A stretch of DNA of 64,000 nt from Terriglobia bacterium (GTDB lineage: Bacteria > Acidobacteriota > Terriglobia > JAIQFV01): NCBI GenBank assembly GCA_020072965.1, contig JAIQFY010000011.1, positions 14,925 to 78,924 of the forward strand. The letters run 5' to 3'. The first letter of the stretch is position 1, and every line of letters begins with the position of its first letter. The notes under the pieces were generated by a model. The model was not told where the DNA came from. It was given only the letters and a program-made list of their open reading frames with translations, and searched no databases. The translations under genes and the position numbers were made by a program. This document shows, piece by piece, positions 30,626 to 41,262 of the stretch.

Positions 30626-31951
30626 TCAGGACGCCTGCCTTGTCAGATCACGGGCCAGGGCCAGCGTAGCATCGATTTCCGCTTCGTTGTTATAAATATG
30701 GGTGGACTGACGAACCCCGTTGTCGTTGCCCATGGATCTCACTCGAATCTTTCGTGCGTTCCAGAATCTGTCCATCATTTCCGGGCCCGTGACCCCATCC
30801 ATTTTCCAGGTCGTGATGCCCGCACTCATCTCGGGATGGATCGAAGAAAGAATGGTCGCCCCACTCAATTTTTGAATCTCCGAACGCAAATAATCACCCA
30901 GGTGTTTGATGCGGCTGATCACCCGTTCATGGCCGAGGCTGTTGTGAAAATCAAGTGCAGCCTCGTAACCCTTCAGGAGGGAGAGGTTCCCGGTACCGTA
31001 CTGCATGAACCGATAGGCACCCTTATCGTAACTCGCCCATTCGGCCGAGGCCAGCGTGGTCCAGATTTCAGATTGGCGGGATTTCCTCACGTACAGCAAG
31101 CCGGAACCGGAGGGAGCCAGAAGCCATTTGTGAGGAGACGAGTAGTAGGCGTCACAATCGATCTCACGCACGTCAACGTGGATGTGGCCAACCGCCTGGG
31201 CCCCGTCAATGGCCACGAAGATATTCTTCGCCCCTTGCTCGCGGGCTAATGCCGCCAGGCGCTTGACCGGCAAGATCAGGCCCAGCATCGAGGTCATATG
31301 CGGGATTGCCAGCACCCGGGTCTTCGAGTTGATCGCGGATGCAAACCGCCGAGTGATTTCGTCGGGATCATTGGGCGGTCTGGGAATGGGAACGGTTTTC
31401 CATACCGCGCCATGACGCTTCGCGCGCACCAGCCATCCACAGGACCCTCCCGGGTGTTCCTGGTCGGTCTGGACGATCTCCTCGCCCTCTTTCAGGTCAA
31501 TCCCCTGTGCTAGAAAATTCATGCCGAAGGTCGCATTTTGCGTGGTGCACACCTCATCGGGGTCACAGTGAATCAGCCTTGCGATCTTCTCCATGAGGGG
31601 AGGGAAATTGCGGTATCCGGAAAACCAGTCAGGATGTTCGCGACGATAGTCCCAGTGCGTCACGGTGGCATTAAGCTCCGCCATATTCGTGGTCACCGCT
31701 TCCAAAACCGGGCGCGGCATCGAGCCCAGGGTCGCCGTATTGAAGAAGGCTTCCTCGCGAGGGATCAGGAACTGGTCCCGAACATTTTTCCAGTAGGCGA
31801 CTTCATCCGCGCTGTGGTTTCCCACATTCGAAGATGCTGCCTCCAGCCTCGACGAAAAACCAGGGGTTGAATCACCATGGTGCAAATCGACGATCGGCAA
31901 AAGGGCCGGTGAAACCATCAGCGTGTGAATGAATTTACGGCGTGAGATCAT
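30626..31951 (-). CDS. Class V aminotransferase-fold PLP-dependent enzyme with Tat signal peptide
   Basis: N-terminal SRRKFIHTLMVSPALL twin-arginine motif. SPHKWLLAPSGSG is the PLP-lysine region typical of class V enzymes. Confidence 0.75.
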   Translation of the reverse strand: MISRRKFIHTLMVSPALLPIVDLHHGDSTPGFSSRLEAASSNVGNHSADEVAYWKNVRDQFLIPREEAFFNTATLGSMPRPVLEAVTTNMAELNATVTHWDYRREHPDWFSGYRNFPPLMEKIARLIHCDPDEVCTTQNATFGMNFLAQGIDLKEGEEIVQTDQEHPGGSCGWLVRAKRHGAVWKTVPIPRPPNDPDEITRRFASAINSKTRVLAIPHMTSMLGLILPVKRLAALAREQGAKNIFVAIDGAQAVGHIHVDVREIDCDAYYSSPHKWLLAPSGSGLLYVRKSRQSEIWTTLASAEWASYDKGAYRFMQYGTGNLSLLKGYEAALDFHNSLGHERVISRIKHLGDYLRSEIQKLSGATILSSIHPEMSAGITTWKMDGVTGPEMMDRFWNARKIRVRSMGNDNGVRQSTHIYNNEAEIDATLALARDLTRQAS

Positions 31952-32134
31952 GGATGTCTACCTTCCAGGGCCAATCGAACCGCAGGTCCCTGTTCTGTGT
32001 GCTTGGTTGAGGGGCATCTGTTCCAGCTTTGACTCAGAACCGCTGTGTCGTGATCATCCCGTTGAAATCAAGCGGTCTGGGGGCGAGGGATTGTCCCATT
32101 CCAACGGGAGGAGGTGGGAGATCGGAGTTGGCAT

Positions 32135-32428
32135 CTACGATCTTCCAAAGAACAAGTGCGCTTCACACTGGCACTCACGTTCATGCGGCGTGGGACAAAG
32201 CTTGATGCGATCCCTCAATTCTCCATACCGCAAATCATGAAGGCGCAACACTTCTGCGTCATCGAGCGACCAGGAATCGGCTTTCCCCGAAGTCATCTGA
32301 TACTTGGCATCGCAATCGAGACACTGAAAGATCCCCAGTGTACGAGGCTCCCCTGCAAACACCACATCAATTGTGGCCCCCTCGAGACGCGACCCTTCAC
32401 AATCCGGACATTCTACAACGTCTTTCAT
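32135..32428 (-). CDS. Hypothetical zinc-ribbon protein
   Basis: CPDCEG....CLDCDAKY paired CxxC. Co-directional with its neighbours. Start chosen at MKDVVE. Confidence 0.35.
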   Translation of the reverse strand: MKDVVECPDCEGSRLEGATIDVVFAGEPRTLGIFQCLDCDAKYQMTSGKADSWSLDDAEVLRLHDLRYGELRDRIKLCPTPHERECQCEAHLFFGRS

Positions 32429-32621
32429 CCCCCCTCCTTCAGTCGGATCCTTCGGATGAAGGTTGCCTGTGAATCCAATATAGAAACCCGTTCTCACGCA
32501 GGGAGCCGGAATTATAGGAGAAATCAAAAAACGGGAACAGAAAATATTTCCGTTTGACGGGAAGGGCTACATTGCCGTCAATGGTGAAAGTTCGCTGGAG
32601 CTTGAAGAGCATTGCGATAGC

Positions 32622-33353
32622 TCATCTCCTGGTCGAAGGGAGGGGGAAGTTCGCCCCGTCTCGATCGTCCGCAAAGAGCGCCTCCAGGTCGGACAATTGC
32701 AGGCTCCCAATCGATCGCGTCCGGAAATCGGCATGTTCGAGTTCACGCAGAGGATAGGAGTGCGCCACGGCCACGCACCTCATCCCAGCATGATGCGCGG
32801 CCTTGATCCCATGAAGGGAGTCCTCGATGATGAGGCATTCGCTCACAAGAATCTTGCTTTCCCCCCGTGGTCGCCGCCGGTTCAGCGCCTTCCAAGCCCT
32901 CAGGAATGTCTCCGGGTGCGGTTTGCCGTGGACCACATCGTCCGCACTGACGACAGCTGCAAAGTATCGTCGCAGTCTGAATTTCACCAAGATCGATTCA
33001 ATTTCTGAACTCAGTGCGCCGGAAGCTATGGCCAGGGGGTAGCACGCTGCACATTCCCGGATGAACTCAATCGCTCCCGGAAAGAGACGAATCCTCGTCT
33101 TCAAAAGGGCGCGATAGGCGCGCTCTTTTGCACCTCGCAGGCGCCTCACCGCAGCAGTGGATGACTCCCTGTGGTGGTCCAAAAGAACTTCGCGGATGCA
33201 ACTCCGATCGTCATAAGCTAAATAGCGGGCCATGTAATCCCGCTTGGTGAGACGAATTCCCTCTTTCTCGAAGATGGTACGGAAGGCGAGGAAGTGAAGC
33301 GGCTCGTCGTCGATGATCACTCCATTAAAATCGAAAAGGATGGCTCGAAGCAT
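32622..33353 (-). CDS. HAD-IA family hydrolase (beta-phosphoglucomutase/phosphatase-like)
   Basis: ILFDFNGVIID (DxD motif I), downstream S/T motif II and K...D motif III. Start chosen at MLRAILF. Confidence 0.8.
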   Translation of the reverse strand: MLRAILFDFNGVIIDDEPLHFLAFRTIFEKEGIRLTKRDYMARYLAYDDRSCIREVLLDHHRESSTAAVRRLRGAKERAYRALLKTRIRLFPGAIEFIRECAACYPLAIASGALSSEIESILVKFRLRRYFAAVVSADDVVHGKPHPETFLRAWKALNRRRPRGESKILVSECLIIEDSLHGIKAAHHAGMRCVAVAHSYPLRELEHADFRTRSIGSLQLSDLEALFADDRDGANFPLPSTRR

Positions 33354-33820
33354 TGTGAGAGAACCCAGCCCGTTGGATTTTGGCCTCAAAAACACTTGAT
33401 CAGTTCAGCCGTAATCATCACGGGTCTGACAGCCCAGTTTGCCGAAAGATCCTCCCCCTCGGGAGATCGATTCTGGCTCGATTCACACGAGGCCTCTTCC
33501 CCGCTCCACTTATTGCAGCGTATCCGGGACGATAGTAGTACACTTTTCAATTTGAGCCTTCATTTTTTAATTGCGCAACTGCAACTTGCCCAACCGATGG
33601 CCTTCCTTTAGTTTAGTGGTGGAGTCCAAGCACCCGGATTGTTGTATTCGCAACCCTTGACCTCTCCGTTTCCCCTTCCCTGATAGGTCATAAATTCGGA
33701 CGAAACACAAGGCGGCACAGACCAAAGAAGACTTAAATTTCTGACCTTTACGCTCCATTTCCAATTTCCCAAAGCGACCACTCCGGCAACATTTTATCAG
33801 CAACGCAACCGTTGCATGCA

Positions 33821-33832
33821 ACACGGGCCGAA
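33821..33832. promoter_or_regulatory. Perfect 12-bp palindrome GTTGCATGCAAC (candidate enhancer/operator site)
   Basis: Intergenic. The same core recurs at 51935-51946, and a 17-nt variant CTGTTGCACTGCAACAG at 45481-45497. Each is followed by a sigma54-like element. Confidence 0.4.
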
Positions 33833-33929
33833 GGGCCGGGCAAGGCGATGAAGGCTTCATTTTCAAAGGAATGCCCAACAAAACCAATATCTTGTGAAGT
33901 TTTTCACTCGATAAAGGTTTCTGCGTTCT

Positions 33930-33945
33930 TGGCATCCTTCATGCA
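33930..33945 (+). promoter_or_regulatory. Candidate sigma54 (-24/-12) promoter TGGCATCCTTCATGCA
   Basis: GG and GC dinucleotides spaced exactly 12 nt. Lies about 100 bp upstream of the GNAT/por operon and 109 bp downstream of the palindrome. Confidence 0.4.
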
Positions 33946-34042
33946 GTAATTCATTCGGAATGAAGGGCAAAAGCATGTTGTGTGAAACCTCTCTTACTGC
34001 CAACAGGGACGCCTGGTCCAGGGGAAAGTGTGAGACAGGTGG

Positions 34043-34651
34043 GTGGAAAGTGGCAGGGGAAGGAGGGCTGCAATGCCGACCCTGACTCATGATGCACCCC
34101 CAATCGCATTTCGTGACCCGAAAAGGGCTGCTGAACATGAACCAACGAATTGGTCACGAGCGTTCATTGACAAGAAAGGAGCGCGAGCGACAGCAAGGTC
34201 GTTCCGCCCCCAGGACTTAAAGGCATTGCAGGAGATGTACTTTCAGTTCGAACCCAAACAAATCGCGCAACGGATTCCTCCCCGCACTGAAGAGCAAATC
34301 AGTCGCTGGTTACGCTGTCTGACCCATGACGGCGAGAATATTGTGGCGTTGATCGGACGCCGGCTGGTGGGGCACGCGGTGTTATGCGATTTGCAGGATG
34401 GTCGGGCTGAGCTTGCCATCTTTGTTCACCAGGATTTTCGAAATCGCGAAATTGGCACTCAATTGATCCAGTTGGCCAAGCGGGCAGCCATGGCGGCCGC
34501 CTACCGCCAGATCTGGATTTCCGTGGAGTCGTCCAATCTGCAAGCAATTCACGTCTTCCAGAAGAACAGTTTTCAATTCCTCGGAAGTTTCGATACCGAA
34601 AGTGAAATGGTCCTCGATCTCAGCCCTACGGGAAGGCAAATCGATAAATGA
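34043..34651 (+). CDS. GNAT family N-acetyltransferase
   Basis: HQDFRNREIGTQLIQLA acetyl-CoA motif. Stop overlaps the porGD start (ATGA). Confidence 0.7.
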   Translation: MESGRGRRAAMPTLTHDAPPIAFRDPKRAAEHEPTNWSRAFIDKKGARATARSFRPQDLKALQEMYFQFEPKQIAQRIPPRTEEQISRWLRCLTHDGENIVALIGRRLVGHAVLCDLQDGRAELAIFVHQDFRNREIGTQLIQLAKRAAMAAAYRQIWISVESSNLQAIHVFQKNSFQFLGSFDTESEMVLDLSPTGRQIDK

Positions 34652-35601
34652 CCACATTCAATACGAACGTTCAACTCCCATTTCAAGATGATCTGGGATT
34701 CTGCAATGTCCTGATGTCAGCGATTGGCGGGGACGGCGCCAACATGGCAGCCAAGCTGCTTTTCAAGGTGTGTGTGACGTATCTGGATCTCGACGGCGCC
34801 TATGATGCGAAATACGGCAGCGAGAAAAAGGGAACGCCCACGGATGTTTCTCTTCGGTTCTGCAAATTCGGAACCTCTGTCCGGGAGAGCGGTCCGACCA
34901 ATCGTCCGCACATTCTCTGTATTTTTCGCGATGCCCTGATCCGGCCTCTGGCACTCAACCGCGGCCTGCAGAAGAATGCATTGGTGATTGCCAACACCCG
35001 GCGCTCACCGGAGGAGATCCGAGATGACTTACGGCTCCACAGCGGGACCATCTGCTGTCTGGATGCCACACGGATCGCCTTGGAAACCAATTCGCGATTG
35101 AATATACCCATCCTGGTGCTGCTCGCAAAATTCCTGCAGATCCCGATGGAAACGCTGCGCAAGGTGGTGGGAGAGACCTGGCCCCGGGCGTCCACAGCAA
35201 ATCTCCAAGCCTTCGATCGTGCCCTGGGGTCCTTTGCGCAAAAGCGGTTTGAGGCTGACGGGAAGTACCCGCTCGTCCCCCCGGCTGAGCCTCGGGGGCG
35301 TATCGGCTACATGAACATGAACGAGGGAGGAGCCATCAATGCCACGACGCACCTAAATCTTTCGTCATCCATGCCCAGCGCCAGCATCAATCCCCTCCCG
35401 GATTTTCATGCTGAGATCTGCACTCATTGTGGGCTTTGCATGTTGGCCTGCTCTGACCCGGGAGCGATCGTCTGGGATGACAAGAAGATGATTGCCATCG
35501 ACGCCGTGTACTGCAAAGGGTGCATGCGCTGTGTTGAAGCATGTCCAGACACGAAGAAAGGGAAGGCCCTGACCGCCCCGGCCGAACTGGCCGTTGCCTG
35601 A
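34648..35601 (+). CDS. porGD: 2-oxoacid:ferredoxin oxidoreductase gamma-delta fusion (PorG + 2x[4Fe-4S] ferredoxin PorD)
   Basis: SAIGGDGANMAAKLL is a gamma-subunit GGQG-like motif. C-terminal CTHCGLCMLAC and CKGCMRCVEACP ferredoxin motifs. Confidence 0.8.
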   Translation: MTTFNTNVQLPFQDDLGFCNVLMSAIGGDGANMAAKLLFKVCVTYLDLDGAYDAKYGSEKKGTPTDVSLRFCKFGTSVRESGPTNRPHILCIFRDALIRPLALNRGLQKNALVIANTRRSPEEIRDDLRLHSGTICCLDATRIALETNSRLNIPILVLLAKFLQIPMETLRKVVGETWPRASTANLQAFDRALGSFAQKRFEADGKYPLVPPAEPRGRIGYMNMNEGGAINATTHLNLSSSMPSASINPLPDFHAEICTHCGLCMLACSDPGAIVWDDKKMIAIDAVYCKGCMRCVEACPDTKKGKALTAPAELAVA

Positions 35602-35704
35602 AGCTGGAGTTCCCGCGAGGACGCTTTGCAGCCCCTCAGCATAAAATGAGGCTTGCAAACACTGAGAAAGAAACGAAATCATCCGCACTCCCTAGGAACC
35701 GATC

Positions 35705-37957
35705 ATGCCCTTGGATACCTTGATTGAAAAGACTGAACTGAAGAAAGCCGTTGCGGCAGCAACCCAGGTCACATTTATCGGAAGTGGTAACGAGGTTGCC
35801 GCGAAGGCCATCCTCGACATCGGGTACGACGGAGAAGGTTACTATCCGATCACTCCCTCGTGCGAAGTGGGAGAGATGGTCAGCCGGGCCATTGCCAATG
35901 GAGAGGCCGACATGTCGTTCGTGGTGGGGACGAGCGAGCTTGCCGCTATTTCAGTCGTTACGGGAATGGCGATTGCGGGCGGGCGCGCCGTCGACGTCAC
36001 CTCGTCGCAAGGGCTGATGCTGAAGGCTGAAGAGATGCCGGCTATCAGCGGTCTCGGTCTGCCGGTGGTCTTGAACCTGGCTACCCGCGACATCAATGCC
36101 CCGCTCAACATCAAAAATGGACACAGTGATCTGATGGCTACGCTCGGCTGGGGGTGGCTCACCTTTTGCGCTCCCACTGTCCAGGCGGTTTATGATCTGA
36201 ACGTCATCGCCATCAAGGTGGCCGAAACCGTCAACCTGCCTGCTATCGTGGCCTACGACGGTTTCCACACCAGCCATGCCAATCGCCGCATTCTCGTGTT
36301 TGCCCGGCGGGAGGATGTGCGTCGATTTGTTGGGCCTACACCTCCCCGCCTCAACCTTCTCGACCTCGAGCATCCCCATACCTTCGGCCCGTACATGAAT
36401 GATGATTTGATCAACACAAAGGTGCAACTTGACGAGAAATTCAAAAGGGCTTACGACCTCATTCCTGAGGTCTTCGAGGCGTTTTTTCAGCTCACTGGCC
36501 GCCGCTACAATTTTGTCGAAGTCTATGGAGATCCGGATGCCGAAGCAGGCCTTTTCATTTTGAATTCAGCCGGCGAGGCCTCGAAGGCGTCGGTTGACAG
36601 AATGCGCGCAGAAAATAAGCGGGTTAAAGCGATTATTCCGACTGTCCTGCGCCCCTGGCCCGAGGATGAAATGCGCGAAGCGATCGGCGACACACCGCGC
36701 CTCGTCGTGGCGGAGAGGGCCTCTCAGTATGGCGCCGGGAACTATCTAGCCAATGAACTGGGGGCGACTTTACAACGTGCGGGGAAAACGAATCTGCTCA
36801 TCAGTCGAACCTACGGAATCGGGGGGCTTAACTTCCGTCCCGAGGATGGGGTCGAACTGCTGAACCTTGCCTGGCATTATCCCAGTATCACTGAAGATGA
36901 GCGGAAACTGCGGGGCTATTATGGAGCTTGGCCGGGTGAGCCCGGTTACGATCCGCCGGAGATCTTTACTCCCCTCACCGCCGCAGAAACTACCCTGAAT
37001 GCGAACCAAGCCAAGATTGACTTCAAACACCTTTCCCAAATGCCCTCCCGGATTGCCAAGCATTCCGCTTGTCCGGGATGCGGGATGTTTGCCAACCTGA
37101 ATCTGTTCATGCGTGGCATTGACGGAAATGTGGTTTTCCTGTTCAACACCGGCTGCGGTATGGTCGTGACCACCGGATTCCCCAACACCAGCTTCAAGAC
37201 CCCGTATTTCCATAACCTTTTTCACAATGGGGCATCGACCGCCACCGGTGTAGTCGAAATGTATCGCCGCTTCCGTGCCCAGGGAAGAATCAAAGACGAA
37301 ATCACCTTCATTGTCGTCTCGGGCGATGGCGGCGACGACATTGGAATGGACCAGGTGATCGGATCAGCTCTACGCAATGACCCGTTTATCATGCTGGAAT
37401 ATGACAACAAAGGTTACATGAATACGGGGGGACAACTCTGTTACACTGGTTTCAAGGGCGAGAGGTTCACGAACGCGCCGCTGGGAAAAATGGGCCAGGG
37501 TAAGCAGCAGCACAGCAAAGACATTATCGAAATCCTGCGAGGCACTAATTCCCCTTACCTGTTCACCGCGGCCGAATCCAATCCCCGCGATATGATTGCA
37601 AAGGCCCGCAAGGCCCAGGCCATGGTTCGCGCCGGGAACTTTGCCTTTGGGAAGGTATTTTCCGTGTGCCCTCTCAATTGGGGCGCGGAAGACTCGAAGG
37701 GCAATGAGATTGTTGATCGAGCAGTCAAGAGTTGTTTGTTTCCTCTCTACGAGATCGAGAACGGTATCACGCATCTGAATTACGATCCTCAGGCCTCGGG
37801 ACGCAAGATCTCCGTTCAAGCCGCCTTTGAATTGATGGGAACGGCATTTTCTCATTTGACCAAGGAACAATTCGCCGGCTTGACGCGGGAGATCCAAGAC
37901 GAAACGGACAGGCGTTGGGACCGTCTGAAAGAACTCGCCACCAATCCCAAATTGTGA
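35705..37957 (+). CDS. porAB: 2-oxoacid (pyruvate-type):ferredoxin oxidoreductase alpha-beta fusion, TPP-binding
   Basis: Alpha domain followed by a beta domain with CPGCG and the GDGGDDIGMDQ TPP-Mg motif. Length 750 aa. Confidence 0.85.
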   Translation: MPLDTLIEKTELKKAVAAATQVTFIGSGNEVAAKAILDIGYDGEGYYPITPSCEVGEMVSRAIANGEADMSFVVGTSELAAISVVTGMAIAGGRAVDVTSSQGLMLKAEEMPAISGLGLPVVLNLATRDINAPLNIKNGHSDLMATLGWGWLTFCAPTVQAVYDLNVIAIKVAETVNLPAIVAYDGFHTSHANRRILVFARREDVRRFVGPTPPRLNLLDLEHPHTFGPYMNDDLINTKVQLDEKFKRAYDLIPEVFEAFFQLTGRRYNFVEVYGDPDAEAGLFILNSAGEASKASVDRMRAENKRVKAIIPTVLRPWPEDEMREAIGDTPRLVVAERASQYGAGNYLANELGATLQRAGKTNLLISRTYGIGGLNFRPEDGVELLNLAWHYPSITEDERKLRGYYGAWPGEPGYDPPEIFTPLTAAETTLNANQAKIDFKHLSQMPSRIAKHSACPGCGMFANLNLFMRGIDGNVVFLFNTGCGMVVTTGFPNTSFKTPYFHNLFHNGASTATGVVEMYRRFRAQGRIKDEITFIVVSGDGGDDIGMDQVIGSALRNDPFIMLEYDNKGYMNTGGQLCYTGFKGERFTNAPLGKMGQGKQQHSKDIIEILRGTNSPYLFTAAESNPRDMIAKARKAQAMVRAGNFAFGKVFSVCPLNWGAEDSKGNEIVDRAVKSCLFPLYEIENGITHLNYDPQASGRKISVQAAFELMGTAFSHLTKEQFAGLTREIQDETDRRWDRLKELATNPKL

Positions 37958-38224
37958 TCCATTTGAATGGCAAATCAATGGACCGGCGATGTCGAAGCAT
38001 GGCCCTCGAAGCCGCATGCACCCTCCGGGGATCCCTGGAGGATCTGGCTGCGAGGGACAAGAGGTTTAAGATCTCGGGGATAGGGGCGGGGTAAGCAGCA
38101 GGATGCAGGATGAAACGGGTGTTTCGGCCGAATCGTGGATATCGACCCACGACCGGCTTAACTGGGTCGCCACTTCCCTCTGCGCGCTCAAATGCAGAAG
38201 GATTCTAAGAAAGAGGGTTCAACA

Positions 38225-38686
38225 ATGGAGGATTCTCTCACTATGAAACTCACCGTAGATCTCGCAGGGGATAACGGGTTCCGGATCAAGTCCGCCAACC
38301 ATGTATTTGTGTGTGACCATGCGGCTGAAACACCGGGTCCTCACGCCACTCTCACCCCGGTCCAGTTGTTGATCGCTTCTCTGGGAGCGAGCATCTCCAA
38401 CTCAGCTGTGGAGTTCTGCAAGGAGCATTCCCTGCCGGTGGCGGGACTGAAGACGATCCTGGAATGGGATTTTGCGGGGGACCGAAACCGCATTGGCAGG
38501 ATCGACGTCTCGGTGCACTTGCCCAATGCCGTCCCTGGCAGTCTTGCGGACGACTTCATGAGCGCCATCCACCAGTGCACGGTCTATCAGACCTTGCAGC
38601 TCAAACCGGAAATGCATTTTCACACCACCCTCGATGTGGAAAAGCCGGAAGGCGAAACACTGATTCATTTCGCAGGGGCGGAGTAA
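38225..38686 (+). CDS. OsmC/Ohr family peroxiredoxin-like protein
   Basis: PGPHATLTPVQLLIASLGASIS and the second conserved Cys region (HQCTVYQT) match the OsmC fold. Confidence 0.75.
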   Translation: MEDSLTMKLTVDLAGDNGFRIKSANHVFVCDHAAETPGPHATLTPVQLLIASLGASISNSAVEFCKEHSLPVAGLKTILEWDFAGDRNRIGRIDVSVHLPNAVPGSLADDFMSAIHQCTVYQTLQLKPEMHFHTTLDVEKPEGETLIHFAGAE

Positions 38687-38726
38687 GCGGAATCTCAGAT
38701 CGCTGCTCAAGAGGAGTTTTTTACTC

Positions 38727-39578
38727 ATGCATGTTATCGTTGGCAGAAAACAACTGGCGCCCGACGTGGTGCAGACCGAAGTCGAGGCTCCCCTGGTCGC
38801 CCGAAAGCGCAAGGCGGGGCAATTCGTCATGATCCGCATTAGCGAGGAGGGAGAACGCATTCCTTTGACGATTGCAGACTCCGATCCCGTTCGGGGAACG
38901 ATCACCCTTATTGTGCAGGCGGTCGGAAAGTCCACCAAGCAACTGAACCAGTTGCAACCGGGCGATACCCTCGTGGACGTGGTGGGGCCGCTCGGGAAGC
39001 CGACCCACATCGAACCCAATGCTAATGTTGTGTGTATTGGCGGCGGAATCGGCGCGGCGGTGGTCTATCCCATCCTCAAAGCCTATAAGGATTCTTCCAG
39101 CCATGTGACTTCGATCATTGGTGCACGGACCAAGGATTTGTTGATCCTGGAGCAGGAAATTCGTGCCCGGTCCGAACAGACTATCGTCACCACCGATGAT
39201 GGCAGCTACGGGATGCATGGATTTGTAACGGATGCATTGAAGAAGCTCATGAACAATGGAAAACCCATTGATCTCGTCATCGCGATCGGGCCGGTCCCGA
39301 TGATGCGCGCGGTGTGCCGGGTAACCCAAGAGGCCAAGATCAAGACAATCGTCAGCCTCAACCCGATTATGGTGGATGGAACAGGGATGTGCGGGGGATG
39401 CCGGGTGATGGTGGGCGGAAAGATGCAGTTCGTTTGTGTCGACGGTCCCGAATTCGAGGGGCATGAAGTAGATTTTGATGAGCTGACCGCACGGCTCAAG
39501 AGTTACGTGGAGTTTGAAAAGGAAGCTCAGGCAAGGTATGAAAATATCTGTGGCGTCCATTGCGGCTTGGAGTCGTGA
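38727..39578 (+). CDS. nfnA: NfnA/SudB-like FAD + [2Fe-2S] subunit (ferredoxin-NADP reductase PyrK-like)
   Basis: FVMIRISEEGERIPLTIA FAD-binding barrel, GGGIGAAVVYP, and C-terminal CGGCRV cluster motif. Confidence 0.8.
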   Translation: MHVIVGRKQLAPDVVQTEVEAPLVARKRKAGQFVMIRISEEGERIPLTIADSDPVRGTITLIVQAVGKSTKQLNQLQPGDTLVDVVGPLGKPTHIEPNANVVCIGGGIGAAVVYPILKAYKDSSSHVTSIIGARTKDLLILEQEIRARSEQTIVTTDDGSYGMHGFVTDALKKLMNNGKPIDLVIAIGPVPMMRAVCRVTQEAKIKTIVSLNPIMVDGTGMCGGCRVMVGGKMQFVCVDGPEFEGHEVDFDELTARLKSYVEFEKEAQARYENICGVHCGLES

Positions 39579-39637
39579 AAGCCGTGCTGTTCGCCACGGA
39601 TTCGAATCAAAAATTCTTCTGAGTTCAGTAAAGAATA

Positions 39638-41094
39638 TGGCAAAGAAAATTGGCGCGAAGACAAAAACCCCGATGATGTGTCAGGATCCCCAGGTGCGGG
39701 CTCACAATTTCAATGAGGTGGCGCTGGGCTACAGGGAGGAAGAGGCGGTATTTGAGGCCAATCGGTGCATTGAGTGCAAGAACATGCCCTGCATCGCGGG
39801 TTGTCCGGTCGAAATTGATATCCCCTCCTTCGTCAAGGCGATCGCCGAACGACGGTTCGAAGACGCCACCCGCATCTTGAAGTCAAGGAACTCGCTGCCC
39901 GCCATCTGCGGACGTGTCTGCCCGCAGGAAGAGCAGTGCGAGCTGAAGTGCACCCTGGGTGCCCGTTTCGAGCCGGTCGCGATCGGCCGACTTGAGCGCT
40001 TCGTCGCCGACTGGGCGAGGGCTCACATGGCGGAAGAGATCCCGACTAAGCGACCTTCCAATGGAAAGAAGGTCGCTGTGGTGGGTTCAGGACCCGCCGG
40101 GCTGACCTTGGCGGGAGATTTGGTGCAACTGGGCTACCAGGTCACCATTTTCGAGGCGCTGCACAAGGCGGGAGGAGTTCTCGTTTACGGAATCCCGGAA
40201 TTTCGTCTTCCCAAGAACATCGTGCAACAGGAGATCGACTACCTCATCAAGATGGGCGTGGAGCTGAAGACCAGCGTCGTCATTGGAAAATCCCTGACGT
40301 TGACAGAGTTGATGACCGAATTAGGATTCGATGCCGTGTTCATTGGGACAGGTGCGGGCCTGCCTTCCTTCATGAAGATTCCGGGCATCAATTTGATTGG
40401 CGTGTACTCTGCCAATGAGTATCTCACGCGTTCCAATTTGATGAAAGCCTATCGATTCCCTGAATATGACACTCCCGTCATCCGGGGCCGCAATGTGGCA
40501 GTGGTGGGAGGTGGCAATACCGCGATGGACTCCATCCGGACCGCCTTGCGCCTGGGCGCAGAAAACGCCTATCTGGTGTATCGCCGCTCCCGGGCTGAAA
40601 TGCCTGCCCGCAAAGAGGAGGTGGAGCACGCGGAAGAGGAGGGCGTCCAATTCCACATGCTCACCAATCCGGTCGAGATCCTGGGCAATGAGAAGGTTCG
40701 CGTCCGGAGCATGCGGGTGCAGAAGATGGAGCTCGGCGATCCCGATGAATCCGGGCGCCGCAAGCCGATCCCCATCCCCGGCTCTGAATTCGAATTGAAC
40801 GTCGATACCGTCGTTATGGCGGTGGGCCAGGGGGCGAATCCCGTCCTCACTTCCACTGCGCCGGATTTGAAAACAAATAAGTGGGGAAACATCGTTGCCG
40901 ATCCCGAGACCGGGGCAACGAACATCCCCGGTGTGTTTGCGGGAGGAGACATCGTCAGTGGCGGCGCGACCGTCATTCTGGCGATGGGAGCGGGGCGGAA
41001 AGCGGCTCGGGCCATTGACCAATACCTCCGGGAACTGAACCTGAATGCTACGCCGCAGCCGCAGGAGGCGGAAGAAAGTACAGTTCCAAACTGA
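39638..41094 (+). CDS. nfnB: NfnB / GltD-like NADPH-dependent oxidoreductase (glutamate synthase small-chain family)
   Basis: CIECKNMPCIAGCP and CGRVCPQEEQC Fe-S motifs. VAVVGSGPAGL and VAVVGGGNTAMD are dinucleotide-binding motifs. Confidence 0.8.
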
Positions 41095-41262
41095 GGTACC
41101 CATATCGTGCGGTTGAGTTCGAAAGGCCGCGATCCAACGAGGCAGGAATACTTGAATGCAACCCACACATGAATTGGCCCGTCCTTATGAACCTGATCGC
41201 GGGGAACTCAGACGTGGACTGGACTCAGTGGGCATTCAGCGGAGCAGGGAGGCTGGAAGAAA

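Noticed and set aside
33819-33832. Treating the shared 14-mer CCGTTGCATGCAAC (two copies) alone as a significant repeat.
   Set aside because: A single exact 14-mer pair is expected by chance at this window size (order of ten chance pairs on both strands). Only the combination with palindromy, intergenic location and a correctly spaced sigma54-like element at three sites is reported.
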